A DNA stretch of 63,881 nt, filler included, from Octopus bimaculoides (lineage: Eukaryota): the NCBI RefSeq assembly GCF_001194135.2. It is 6 parts of 6 records of this genome, joined end to end, with 100 filler letters (N's around TTAATTAATTAA, not from the genome) between each part and the next. Parts side by side here need not be neighbours in the genome. Positions count along the whole stretch, not along the records: positions 1 to 19,061 come from NC_069010.1; positions 19,162 to 33,821 come from NC_068994.1; 4 more parts are not named here. One strand, given 5' to 3'. Within the stretch, counting starts at the first letter, position 1. The number at the start of each line of letters is the position of its first letter. This document shows positions 11,048 through 24,402 of the stretch, one piece after another. The notes beneath the pieces were generated by a model. The model was given only the letters and a program-made list of their open reading frames with translations, had not been told where the DNA came from and ran no database searches. Both the position numbers and the translations under genes were made by a program.

Positions 11048-14000
11048 ATAGGCATGTATGTATGTGTAAATATATACATTTAGTGATGCAAACAGGAAAA
11101 TAGAACTCTAAACATGAGTACATATAAGCTTTTATTAATTTTAATAAATTTTTGCTGATTATTAACAGATACAGATATACATATATATACATATATACAT
11201 ATNNNNNNNNNNNNNNNNNNNNNNNNNNNNNNNNNNNNNNNNNNNNNNNNNNNNNNNNNNNNNNNNNNNNNNNNNNNNNNNNNNNNNNNNNNNNNNNNNN
11301 NNNNNNNNNNNNNNNNNNNNNNNNNNNNNNNNNNTATATATATATATATTGATATATATATATGTAAGTATTTGTGTGTCTGTGCTTGTCCCCCCAACAT
11401 TGCTTGACAACCGGTGTTGGTGTGTTTACGTCCCCGTAACTTAGTGGTATGGCAAAAGAGACTGATAGAATAAGTACTAGGCTTACAAAGAATAAGTCCT
11501 ATGGTTGATTTGTTCGACTAAAGGTGGTGCTCCAGCATGGCTGCACTCAAACGACTGAAACCAGTAAAAGAATAAAAGAATATATATGGTCACACGCACA
11601 CGCTCACATATATATATACACATATATATACTTATACATATGTGTACGAGCATATATATATATATATATATATATACTTATATATATATATANNNNNNNN
11701 NNNNNNNNNNNNNNNNNNNNNNNNNNNNNNNNNNNNNNNNNNNNNNNNNNNNNNNNNNNNNNNNNNNNNNNNNNNNNNNNNNNNNNNNNNNNNNNNNNNN
11801 NNNNNNNNNNNNNNNNNNNNNNNNNNNNNNNNNNNNNNNNNNNNNNNNNNNNNNNNNNNNNNNNNNNNNNNNNNNNNNNNNNNNNNNNNNNNNNNNNNNN
11901 NNNNNNNNNNNNNNNNNNNNNNNNNNNNNNNNNNNNNNNNNNNNNNNNNNNNNNNNNNNNNNNNNNNNNNNNNNNNNNNNNNNNNNNNNNNNNNNNNNNN
12001 NNNNNNNNNNNNNNNNNNNNNNNNNNNNNNNNNNNNNNNNNNNNNNNNNNNNNNNNNNNNNNNNNNNNNNNNNNNNNNNNNNNNNNNNNNNNNNNNNNNN
12101 NNNNNNNNNNNNNNNNNNNNNNNNNNNNNNNNNNNNNNNNNNNNNNNNAATTAGATATTTCCGGTTAAGTTGGATAATCAGTCCTGATAGGAATTTCCTT
12201 GTATTCTTTTTTTTTTTTGTTTTTGTTAAATATTTTTTTCTTTATTTATTTACTCATTTTTTTTTCTGTCACTGGAGCCCCATGAATGAAAAAGTGTCAA
12301 ACAACAAAACACCAAAAAGATAACTATTAAACATAATTAGTTTTCTTTTGACAAAGTATTATTACGATATGGTACATTAATGATACTTAACACAGATTAA
12401 TTATTATTAGATTAATTATGTTATTACAACACGGTACGTTAATTATATGTAATGTAGCTTGTGTCATTTTTCTATTTGGTTTGCTAGATTTTTGATGTTG
12501 ACTGTTGAGTTGAAACAATTTCTGTTTAATCTTGGATGGGTCATTGCACAACTAATAAGCACACACACACTGGTTAAATTTCACTTCATTATTATTTGTT
12601 AATTGTTTAACGATTTAACCAATTAACTAATTGATTGTGTTGCTTGATCACTTGGCTAGTCGATCGATCAGTTGTTTGTCAAAGTCTCTCTCATTCACTC
12701 TCTCACCAATGTTATGTCTTTTCTCCACCACATCTGTTTTGGTGGAGAGAAGATATCTACATGTTTTGTAATACCAAATTTTATTTGGTTCTTCTTTTGT
12801 CCTTCGATTTTCTTTCATTAGAATTAAGATAAACAAGTTGAGTCATTTTACTCAACTTTACAATCGGTCCACCACAAATACTGGAATCGTGAGATCAATA
12901 AAAAACCATTAAAAGGCACATAGAATCATGTTACTGTACAATGAATAAGAATAAAATCATATAAAAATCATATTAAAGTATGTACAGTAAATGTTAAGAT
13001 ACACACCATAAAGTAGCGCAGCTTAGTGAACGAAATCATGAAATCAGCTGTGTTGTCTTATCTACCCGATCCACTGACAAGGCTTTGATCAACCCAAGGC
13101 TATAGGAGAAGACACTTGCCCTAGGTGCCAACTAGTAGGACTGAACCCTGAACCATGTGGTTGAGAAGGAAGCTTCCTACCACACAGCCAAAACTATACA
13201 TACATACATGTGTGTTCCTATATGTTCGTTCCGTTGTCTGTAGTTTATTGTTCTAACGTCCTGTACCCTGATATGCATGTATATACACATGTAGATGTAA
13301 GTATGTACATATATGTGTGTATACATGTATATATATTCTTTGTATTATTACATTGTTGAACGCACATGTCCTTTTTTGCAAGTAAGTCTACTATTATTCT
13401 GACGTGACTATCTTTCTATCTATCTGTCTATCTATCTATCTATCTTTCTCTCTATTTATCTGTCTTCCTCCATCTTTCTATCTATACCTCNNNNNNNNNN
13501 NNNNNNNNNNNNNNNNNNNNNNNNNNNNNNNNNNNNNNNNNNNNNNNNNNNNNNNNNNNNNNNNNNNNNNNNNNNNNNNNNNNNNNNNNNNNNNNNNNNN
13601 NNNNNNNNNNNNNNNNNNNNNNNNNNNNNNNNNNNNNNNNNNNNNNNNNNNNNNNNNNNNNNNNNNNNNNNNNNNNNNNNNNNNNNNNNNNNNNNNNNNN
13701 NNNNNNNNNNNNNNNNNNNNNNNNNNNNNNNNNNNNNNNNNNNNNNNNNNNNNNNNNNNNNNNNNNNNNNNNNNNNNNNNNNNNNNNNNNNNNNNNNNNN
13801 NNNNNNNNNNNNNNNNNNNNNNNNNNNNNNNNNNNNNNNNNNNNNNNNNNNNNNNNNNNNNNNNNNNNNNNNNNNNNNNNNNNNNNNNNNNNNNNNNNNN
13901 NNNNNNNNNNNNNNNNNNNNNNNNNNNNNNNNNNNNNNNNNNNNNNNNNNNNNNNNNNNNNNNNNNNNNNNNNNNNNNNNNNNNNNNNNNNNNNNNNNNN

Positions 14001-14479
14001 NNNNNNNNNNNNNNNNNNNNNNNNNNNNNNNNNNNNNNNNNNNNNNNNNNNNNNNNNNNNNNNNNNNNNNNNNNNNNNNNNNNNNNNNNNNNNNNNNNNN
14101 NNNNNNNNNNNNNNNNNNNNNNNNNNNNNNNNNNNNNNNNNNNNNNNNNNNNNNNNNNNNNNNNNNNNNNNNNNNNNNNNNNNNNNNNNNNNNNNNNNNN
14201 NNNNNNNNNNNNNNNNNCATCTTGATATTTAAATCAACTCTTCCTGTCTTACTTACGTGGTTTTTATTTGTCCTGTTGTTTGTGTGTGTTTGTTCGTGTG
14301 TGTATGTGTGTGTGTGTGTGTGTGTTTGTGTTTCTTGTCCGTGTGTGCGTGTTTGTTTGTTTGTTTGTTTGTTTGTTTGTTTGTTTGTTTGTGTATTGCT
14401 TGTGGTGGTTTGTATGATGGCTTATCTTCAGGATATGCGACACTTTGAAAGTTGAAACCAGGATATGAGAGATTAGCTA

Positions 14480-14683
14480 ATCTCAGGAAGAGAGAGAGAG
14501 AAACAGACAGACAGACAGACAAAAACCAGACATATATATATTATATATATATATATATATATGCATATAGAAAGATAGAGAGAGAGAAAGACAGACAGAG
14601 AGAGAAAGTGATGAAAGATAAATTAATAGAAAGACAAACAGACAGACAGACTGACATAAAGATAGATAGATAGATAGACAGAC

Positions 14684-14746
<63 letters not shown>

Positions 14747-14837
14747 AAGGTAGACAGACAGGCAGACGGACAGACAGGCAGTCAGGTCGAAAGACAGACA
14801 GGCAGTCAGGTCGAAAGACAGACAGGCATACAGACAT

Positions 14838-14889
<52 letters not shown>

Positions 14890-15290
14890 GTAGATTGTGA
14901 CAATGAAAGAAAGAGGAAAAGAACAAGAAAGGACAAAGAAAAGGAGAGAAAGAAAGAGAAAGAAAGAGAAAGAAAGAGAAAGATAGAGACAGAGAGAGAA
15001 AGAAAGAGAAGAACACTTAACATCTCAAATTTCATCACCATACCATCAAACCAAATATCCTCACACCTCAAATCACAATACCATTGAACCAAAAGCCTTC
15101 ACACATCAAATCACCATACCATCATACCTTTATGCCACTAAGCCCTCATACACCGAAACCATTACCTTACCATGCCAGCAAACCATCATAACTTCATACC
15201 ACCAAAGACCCACACCGTCAAACTGCCATACCATCAAACCATCACAGCAACATGTTATAAAACCAAACCATCTCACCACCATACCATCAA
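14480..15290. repeat. (GATA/GACA/GAAA)n microsatellite field followed by (ACCAT)-rich low-complexity sequence
   Basis: Directly visible; includes a duplicated 23-mer CAGACAGGCAGTCAGGTCGAAAG near 14770-14820. Confidence 0.85.
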
Positions 15291-15978
15291 TCAGGTTGCA
15301 TTTTGGAAACTGCCACAGCTTAACAGAGAACGAAGGCCATTTAACTGCAGAGACAGAACACGAAATTAAGGTTTTACCAAAGTTAATTGGGGAAGAGATT
15401 CCTGGCGTTCCATCGTAAGACAGACACATCTTGGTTGTGGCTGCTTAAGACATAAGTGCATTTGTGACTTTTGTGTTTTTTTAGACAATTTACTATGGTA
15501 TTAGGTTGGTTTTGTTTCAGCAAATGTAAATAACAATCAGTGTGTTTCGCAGAGGAGGTCCTGTTCTTTAAGGGGATAAAATGAGTTCCTGATTCTTGTC
15601 TTTGTTTTTATTTTTTTGTGGTGGTNNNNNNNNNNNNNNNNNNNNNNNNNNNNNNNNNNNNNNNNNNNNNNNNNNNNNNNNNNNNNNNNNNNNNNNNNNN
15701 NNNNNNNNNNNNNNNNNNNNNNNNNNNNNNNNNNNNNNNNNNNNNNNNNNNNNNNNNNNNNNNNNNNNNNNNNNNNNNNNNNNNNNNNNNNNNNNNNNNN
15801 NNNNNNNNNNNNNNNNNNNNNNNNNNNNNNNNNNNNNNNNNNNNNNNNNNNNNNNNNNNNNNNNNNNNNNNNNNNNNNNNNNNNNNNNNNNNNNNNNNNN
15901 NNNNNNNNNNNNNNNNNNNNNNNNNNNNNNNNNNNNNNNNNNNNNNNNNNNNNNNNNNNNNNNNNNNNNNNNNNNNNN

Positions 15979-16022
<44 letters not shown>

Positions 16023-16108
16023 ATGTATATATGAGACAGATACTTAATGTGAGTATATATAGGTTAAGTGTGTATATGCATCATGTGTATAATATGTTGG
16101 GTATATAT

Positions 16109-16149
<41 letters not shown>

Positions 16150-16361
16150 AATACATGTATATATATCTGTATATATATGTGTGTATATATGTATATATAT
16201 TTATATATATATATGCACACGCACGTCTACATATACATGTGTGTGTGTATGTACATATATATATGTACATACACACACACACATATGTGTATGTAGGTGT
16301 GTACATATGTGTGTATATGTATCTAGAAATATGTACATACACACACACATGCACACGTGTA

Positions 16362-16395
<34 letters not shown>

Positions 16396-16837
16396 TTATG
16401 TAAAAAGATCTCCCCATATTACCAGGATGTTGTAAGAAGTGGATACCAAAAGAAGAAGGAGGGAGGATGAAGGTAGAGGGGGGTGTGGGAGGAGGAAGGA
16501 GGAGGTGAGAGGATACGCAATGCAGCGTGGGAAACCATTCCATGTGATATTCTCAAGTGGGTGGCTGGACGGTGGAGACAGGGGGGTGGGCAGGGGCAGG
16601 GTGCCAAGCAGGGTGTGGCGTTGTAACTGGCTCTGTTGACCATTGTTGATCTTTGAGCCAGATTAACAATTAACCAATGCAGCACCCACCTCGGTGTTGT
16701 GATACCATCATACCGCCATACCGCTGAAACTGTTCTACCGTGAAATCGCTACACTTATTGCACAGCCATGTTTTTAATTCACCACGCCATCACCTAGTTT
16801 ATCTACCATACAATTAAAATATGGCATACCATCATAA

Positions 16838-16990
16838 GAGCAGGTGTGGCTGTGTAGTAAGAAGCTTGCTTCCCAACCTCATAGTTCCAGGTTCATTCCC
16901 ACTGCTTGGCACCTTGGGCAAGTGTCCTCTACGAAAGCCTTGGGCTGACCAAAGCCTTGTAAGATTTGGTAGGCAGAAACTGAAAAATGC

Positions 16991-17032
<42 letters not shown>

Positions 17033-17177
17033 AGGCATGCTTCCTAACCATATGGTTCCAGGTTCAGTCCCACTGCATGGCACCTTGGGCAAGTGTCTTC
17101 TACTGTAGCCTCATGCCAACCTGCCAACCAAAGGCTTGTGAGTGGATTTGGTAGACAGAAACTGAAAGAAGCCCGTC
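16838..17177 (+). repeat. Two tandem tRNA-derived CORE-like SINE copies (16838-16995, 17039-17177); other copies at ~13080-13190, 18460-18565, 52981-53137, 61862-62004, 63291-63450 (all minus)
   Basis: A/B-box-like GGCTGTGTGGTAAG...GGTTCAGTCCC, CORE-like CACCTTGGGCAAGTG, (TA)n tails. Confidence 0.8.
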
Positions 17178-17220
17178 ATATATATATATATATATATAGN
17201 NNNNNNNNNTATATATATAT

Positions 17221-17271
<51 letters not shown>

Positions 17272-17339
17272 TAGATATATTGATAAATATATATACATAC
17301 ATACATATATATATATATATAAAATAGGAAATCCAAAAT

Positions 17340-17500
17340 AATGAAGAACAAACACAAAAGAACAACAACATGAGGACGTGGTACATGTAAAGTATTAGCA
17401 GACGCTTAGGGAAGGAAAGAAAGGTGGTTTTACATTTCGAGCAAAGCTCTTCTTCAGAAACAGGAGACAGAGGAAAGTCCAAGAGAAAAGGGAGATGGAG
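17340..17500 (-). mobile_element. Penelope-like element terminal-repeat fragment containing a minimal hammerhead-ribozyme-like motif (17427-17461)
   Basis: Minus strand GTTT-CTGAAGA-A-GAGC-TTT-GCTC-GAAA-T-GTA-AAAC: catalytic core, stem II and 4-bp stem I. Minimal type I hammerheads are established features of Penelope-like element repeats. Confidence 0.55.
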
Positions 17501-18029
17501 GTTTTGGCATTTGGTGCAAATTGCTGGCTTCAGTTTGTTGTCCAGCAAAGCATTGTAACAGGTACTGTTGATTGTACACCTTGGCCAAACCAATATTAAC
17601 AAATCACTGTACCACCAAACCATCATGCCACCCTAAGCAAGGGCCACTTTACGTGGTCTGTTGACCTGCTAGAAGCAGCAGCCAAATTTCGCTCAGATGA
17701 CAACCTACTATCTTATAATACAAAGACATTAACACAGTGGTTTGTAGTCTTCAAGGTACAATGCCTGATAAAAAAAATCTAGGACAATTATGGATTAATT
17801 ACAAGGATTAAAGTTGAAGTTGAGAAAAAGTTAGCTAACAGGGAGGACGGAAGCCATTTGAAAATTGGAAAAGAATTACCTTTTGGTATTACAGTAATCC
17901 CACGCCATATTGCGGTTCACCTATCACGGTTCATTATTTAAGCTTACACCAATTCGTCCATGGTGTTGTTTTGCATCTATAATAAAATAAATATATACAA
18001 ATTATAAAAATAATTTTAAAAATATACAG

Positions 18030-18406
18030 TACAGTGCTGCTTCTACTTCGGGGATTTTCACCTGTCGCAGAGGGCTTTGGAACATAATTCCCTTGATAGT
18101 CGAGGGGTCACTGTACTTTAAATTCAGTTTAAATAAAAAAAAACTTGTAAGTTCACAAATTTTGGGAGTTCCTTTAACATTTGAATTTTTAACTGTTAGC
18201 ATATAAGAAATTCTCATCCAGGCCTGATCCCAATGCTGGATGTTCAAGAACCAAATGAAGAGCATATTTCCAATCCCGGGATCATTCTGATTCCAAAAAG
18301 GTATAATATGTCTCTGTAGAGCAAATGTAGACTGAGATACAGGGGTCTGGCCAGACAGCCGGACAGCCGGACAGACAGACAGTATTTCGCATTTATTATA
18401 ATAGAT
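18030..18406 (-). mobile_element. Putative non-autonomous Helitron/Helentron-like element
   Basis: Minus strand starts ATCTATTATAATAAATGCG followed by a (CTGT/CTGTCCGG)n microsatellite, the usual architecture of HINE/DINE-like elements; 3' terminus not identified. Confidence 0.35.
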
Positions 18407-18831
18407 AAGAGATTAAAGATATAAGATTAAAGATATATGCGATGCACTTCTTTCAATTTCTATCAACCGAAACCTGTCGCAAGGCTTTGGTGTGACATGC
18501 AGTGGAACTGAATCCAGAAGCATACAGTCGGGAGGCACGCTTCTTACCACACAGTCATGCCTGCATTTAAATCTATGGAAGTATAAAATGTTTGCAGTTT
18601 GAATTATAGTGTTTATGTCCTTCCATACTGCAAAGCTGACAGCAGTAATCCCACAGGACTCGTGTTCTGCTGGCAAAATTTTGCTTTCAATTATCATTAT
18701 TGACAGCAATAAAACACAATTTTATATATTTATTTTCCTATTTTGTGGTGGTGGCGGTGGCGGTGGTGATGGTGGTGGTGGTGGTGGTGGGGTTTATCAA
18801 AACAGGAATTTGTGCTCTGAAAAGATAAGAT

Positions 18832-18863
<32 letters not shown>

Positions 18864-18909
18864 ACATCCATCCTTAGATACATACATATATGTATATATA
18901 TGTGTTTGC

Positions 18910-18940
<31 letters not shown>

Positions 18941-19061
18941 CAAACACACAATATATTTGCATATATATCATCATCATCATCATCAGCGTTTAACGTCCGC
19001 TTTCCATGCTAGCATGGGTTGGACGATTTGACTGAGGACTGGTGAAACCGGATGGCAACAC

Positions 19062-19161
19062 NNNNNNNNNNNNNNNNNNNNNNNNNNNNNNNNNNNNNNN
19101 NNNNNTTAATTAATTAANNNNNNNNNNNNNNNNNNNNNNNNNNNNNNNNNNNNNNNNNNNN
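19062..19161. other. Artificial scaffold linker N44-TTAATTAATTAA-N44
   Basis: Exactly 100 bp; palindromic six-frame stop; identical at five sites. Confidence 0.95.
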
Positions 19162-19192
<31 letters not shown>

Positions 19193-20916
19193 CATACATA
19201 CATACATACATACATACATACACACATATACATATATTTATATACGTATATTGGTGTATTTTCCAACAGGTACAGGAAACTAATGACGTATATTACGAAG
19301 ATGTTTGTGTGTATGTCATTAGCACATATTATATAATATATTATAAATATGTATAATATGATCTACTTTACATATACATATACATAGTACGATTTAATAT
19401 ATACATATGGTTACGTGTGTGTACGTGCGAAATCTTTTTCATTTGCTGGGAACACTACATATACTAATCTATGTACTATTGTTTGAGTTGTACTTATTTT
19501 GGTACGAAATTGTACGCTCTTGATTAACTCCCTTGAACATAGATACACATACACATCAGATATATAGAATATGCTGAAGAATCGTGTGTGAACATTTACG
19601 TATTAGCTAACATGATCTTCTCATGCATTTCACGTAGACAGCCAATTCTGTTTGAATTGAACGTACTATTAATACCTAAGTGTCTTAATGTCATAGCGAG
19701 AGTGTCGAAGACACTCTTTGTGTCAACGTAACAATCTGAAAGGGTTAACGTATGCCTTGCCAAAATATTCACCTAACGTGCATGCTATTTCCATCTATAA
19801 AAGTACATACCATTACTCCGAACAAATACCATCTGACAGGATTAAATGTGGCAAAAAACGCATACAACCCATCTATATTGGTTTCCGTGCCGCATTGTTT
19901 ATTTTAAGTTAGAAAATTTCTCTTGCATTTCACGAATCTGCCTGGTTACACGATCTTAATTTAACTAGATATTTCGGAGGTTTAACAATTTGTTCTGTTA
20001 CCACATAATTCTTATGTCTCAGGATAGATAATCCAGGGTTCTTAATGAGGTACGCGGAACCGCCACGTGGCTGCTCTTCATTGTGGAGTAGCCTCTCTCT
20101 TTCCCCCCTTCTGCCACTTGACAACCGGTGTCTGTGTGTTTATGTCCCCATAACTTAGCATAACCAAGTTTTTTAAAAAATTAACAGCACCGGGGTCGAT
20201 TCATTCGACTAAAAATTCTTCAAGGCAGTGCCCCAGCATAGCAACAGTCTATAAAACAAGTAAATGATAAAAGATATCATTTATTACATTATTGATTATT
20301 CATCTATTACATATTAATGTTATTGTTAATCAGACTCTATTCTTCGAGAGCCAGTCGATTAGATCGACCTCAGTACGCAACTAGTACTTAATTTATCGAC
20401 CTCGAAAGGATAAAAGGCAAAGTCGACCTCGGCGGAATTTGAACTCAGAACGTAATGACAGAACGCTAAGCATTTCGCTCGGCGTGCTACCGTTTCTACC
20501 ATCTCGCCGCCTTCTATCAACAGAGTAATATCGATTATATCTACTTTCATATCAATTTTCCATTCTTAATAACTCTCACTTCTCTTGTTCTTCCGCCTAC
20601 ATTCCGACATTAAGTTTTCAAAAAATTGCCGTTTCTTTTTAGGGAGATTTCAAACATTTTTGAACGATAAAGGCTAAAAAGACAAAAGTGGAGGTTGGCC
20701 CTCAAGTACAGTTGAAGCAAAAGACTGACCATTTACGTCTACTCTTGTCCAATTATTCAACGAAACGTAAAACAATAAAAACAATATAATACAATAACTC
20801 CCAAGTGGTCAACAATCAACCATGATTTTATAAACCTTACTTAGAGACACATCAGTTTGACATTCAGGTCGAAATCGATAAGAATAATAACAACAACAAC
20901 AATAATAATTATGATG

Positions 20917-20980
<64 letters not shown>

Positions 20981-21244
20981 TAATAATAACAACAACAACA
21001 ACAAAAAAGGTAAAAGATAGATGAGACGAAGAAAAATGGTAAGATGAGAAGGGGAATAAAGAGATAAAGAAATAGCAAAAGATGGATATGATGAAGTATA
21101 TTATTAGTGCGTATCTTGGCAACGGATCTTCCAAGTAATTTGATAGAAGGATGACATTGATTGCGCTATGTTATAATACTGTCGTTATCTGATGTCGTTC
21201 TGTTATCTTTAATCAAAGATACAAACGCGCATACTCATATACAA

Positions 21245-21301
<57 letters not shown>

Positions 21302-21595
21302 AAGACAAACGCATGCACACGCGCATATGTATATACACAGATACAAAAATGCATACACATGCATATACATACTGACGTGTGAATATACAAACATATACGC
21401 AAATACTCAATACACACACACACCTATACAACTACACGCAAGCACATATATATAGCAACAACAATGATTACACAATTTACATATATATATATGCACACAT
21501 GATTACAACAATACTTAGAAATACTGTCAGCCACAAACACATACACGCACTCACACACACACACCATAAATACTATAGATGTGATATATACACAT

Positions 21596-21827
21596 ACAAG
21601 GCTGGCCAAAAGTCACCTGACAGTAAATCAAGACGATTTAATGCCAGGATTTATGTTTAACACCTGAATGACTTTAATAAAAGCATTTAAATATGAAATA
21701 TGATGAAAATTGTTCAAACTGAAGTCCTTCTTCAGCGACACCATTTTCCCAAATGAATAAATAAAATCGAATATTAAGTATCTATGGAATTTTGATTTAC
21801 TGTCGTGTGACTTTTGGACAACCCTGT
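21596..21827. mobile_element. Tc1/mariner-type MITE (~230 bp)
   Basis: ~35-bp TIRs: ACAAGGCTGGCCAAAAGTCACCTGACAGTAAATCAA versus the reverse complement of TTGATTTACTGTCGTGTGACTTTTGGACAACCCTGT; AT-rich non-coding interior. Confidence 0.75.
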
Positions 21828-21905
21828 TTAAGTGTATAAAATAAATATACATAACACACATATGTAAGTAAGTATATATATGGTTATATAAAAAAAATAC
21901 ATGCA

Positions 21906-22640
21906 TGCGAGGTCTGTTGAAAAAGTATCCAACTTTACTTTTTCCTGCCAAAATTAATGCCGTGTGGACAAAGACTTTTGGGTACGAAGTGACGCCCCCT
22001 TTCGTGAGCATGCGTGAATATTTTCGCGACTCCAGGCCACGTCAGCTCCTTGCTGTTACCCCTAGATTACAGACGTATAGCGCACTCGTCGGATTTTTGT
22101 TTTCACGCAAGATGTCCAAACGCATCGAGTAGAGACCATAAACCCATGTCTCATCACCAGTTATGATGGTCTTCATGAAATGTGGTTCGTGATTTGTACA
22201 ATCTAGCATGTTCTGAGCGATTTCTATGCGGAGTTGCTTCCACTGCTCCGCCAACAACTGGGGGGCGAATTTCGCCGATACTCTCCGCATGCACAAATCC
22301 GGTGTTGAAATGGAATGCAGTGATTCTGCGCTTATTCCCACTTCATGAGCAATTTCCTAGATTGTTAAACGACGGTCTTCTATGACTATTCGCTGAACCT
22401 TCTCAATCGACTCCCCGTTTCGCCTTGTGGATGGCTTCTCTGAATGTTTCTCTGAATGTTTCTCGCTCCCCACTAATGTATGGCTGTGTTTGAAGCTATT
22501 GTTCCGCTCCTTGATCCGAATTTTGCCCATGGCAACATCGCCAACGACTTGCTGAATCTTCTGGATGATTTGAGCTTGAGTATTTACTACAAGCTTTTAA
22601 CAACACTTCATGCAATGTCTCTGTTCGATGAGGTCGATAT
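21906..22640 (-). mobile_element. Internally deleted mariner element, transposase pseudogene
   Basis: Minus-strand remnant IEQRHCMKCC*KL...KIQQVVGD...DRRLTI...RRVSAKFAPQLL...FMKTIITGDETWVYG, then a jump to a mariner-like end T(G)CGAGGTCTGTTGAAAAAGTATCC; the remaining catalytic domain is missing. Confidence 0.9.
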
Positions 22641-23819
22641 TTGTAACCTTAATTGTTAATATGACATGGTATGTCATAAGCATCTGTATATTGTGGTTTT
22701 TGTCATTTTAGTTATAAAATAAACAAATTAATCAACGGAATACACTGTCTGCAAGTCGATGGATACTGCATATTCTCCTCCATTTTCTTATTGCTATATA
22801 TNNNNNNNNNNNNNNNNNNNNNNNNNNNNNNNNNNNNNNNNNNNNNNNNNNNNNNNNNNNNNNNNNNNNNNNNNNNNNNNNNNNNNNNNNNNNNNNNNNN
22901 NNNNNNNNNNNNNNNNNNNNNNNNNNNNNNNNNNNNNNNNNNNNNNNNNNNNNNNNNNNNNNNNNNNNNNNNNNNNNNNNNNNNNNNNNNNNNNNNNNNN
23001 NNNNNNNNNNNNNNNNNNNNNNNNNNNNNNNNNNNNNNNNNNNNNNNNNNNNNNNNNNNNNNNNNNNNNNNNNNNNNNNNNNNNNNNNNNNNNNNNNNNN
23101 NNNNNNNNNNNNNNNNNNNNNNNNNNNNNNNNNNNNNNNNNNNNNNNNNNNNNNNNNNNNNNNNNNNNNNNNNNNNNNNNNNNNNNNNNNNNNNNNNNNN
23201 NNNNNNNNNNNNNNNNNNNNNNNNNNNNNNNNNNNNNNNNNNNNNNNNNNNNNNNNNNNNNNNNNNNNNNNNNNNNNNNNNNNNNNNNNNNNNNNNNNNN
23301 NNNNNNNNNNNNNNNNNNNNNNNNNNNNNNNNNNNNNNNNNNNNNNNNNNNNNNNNNNNNNNNNNNNNNNNNNNNNNNNNNNNNNNNNNNNNNNNNNNNN
23401 NNNNNNNNNNNNNNNNNTATATATACATATATATATATATATATATACATGTGCGTTTGTAGCAGACACAAGTATAGTTAAATATGCAATATATACCCAC
23501 ATGTAAGTTAAGGTGTGAGCGCTTCGAAACCTTGGTCAACTCACATTAAATAACAGCGGAACCATTCAAATAATGATTTCTGACATAATGGTTCGCAATA
23601 CTTCACAATAATAGACAGCAAGAATGCTATAGTCTCTTGCGTGTGTTTAAACGGTTCGTTGCGTTAATTTCAACTTCAGCCATGCATATGGTTGCACTTT
23701 TGTTTTGTTTTGTAACTACCTATCAGCCATTATCAAACAAGAGCTATGGCACGTACGTAGGCGGTAGGCTTGGTTTCATGCACAGATTTCAAACTCTGTA
23801 CAAGTACCATACGTAGTTT

Positions 23820-23990
23820 AAATGAAGATCGTATTGAACATGTGCATCATAAAAGTCTGAGCAAATTGGTGGTCATAGCTGCATCAAATAAGAACATTAA
23901 GTTCCGTTGGGCTGCAACCGTCAGAGCTAATGATAATGGAGAATTAGTTGGACATGAAAACTAGGAGACGACATTAGAGAAGGGAGGTGA
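23820..23990 (+). mobile_element. Highly degenerate RTE-like ORF2 C-terminal fragment
   Basis: DRIEHVHHKS..VVIAASNKNIKFRWAATVRANDN resembles the RTE DRIRNEEIR...KWQWAGHIAR..DNRW region. Confidence 0.35.
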
Positions 23991-24228
23991 TTGCGTTGGT
24001 ATGTTAATTTTTTGATGCGAATGAGCGAGTTAAGCTGGAATCAAAGTGATTAATGTATTATGGGTGGTAGGTCCTTGTTAGATCTATGGCATTGACCACT
24101 TTGCTGATATGAAGTTTACATTTAGTTTTGAGACTGCACAGTCCGAATATAAGAATATATTGACTTCGTTTATTGTATAATTTACGATGACTCATTAGCG
24201 GCTTCAACCAACCAATCAATCAAGCAAG

Positions 24229-24285
<57 letters not shown>

Positions 24286-24348
24286 NNNNNNNNNNNNNNN
24301 NNNNNNNNNNNNNNNNNNNNNNNNNNNNNNNNNNNNNNNNNNNNNNNN

Positions 24349-24402
<54 letters not shown>

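Noticed and set aside
19699-19717. AGAGTGTC-GAA-GACACTCT mini-hairpin
   Set aside because: An 8-bp stem is expected by chance in 64 kb, and there is no supporting context.
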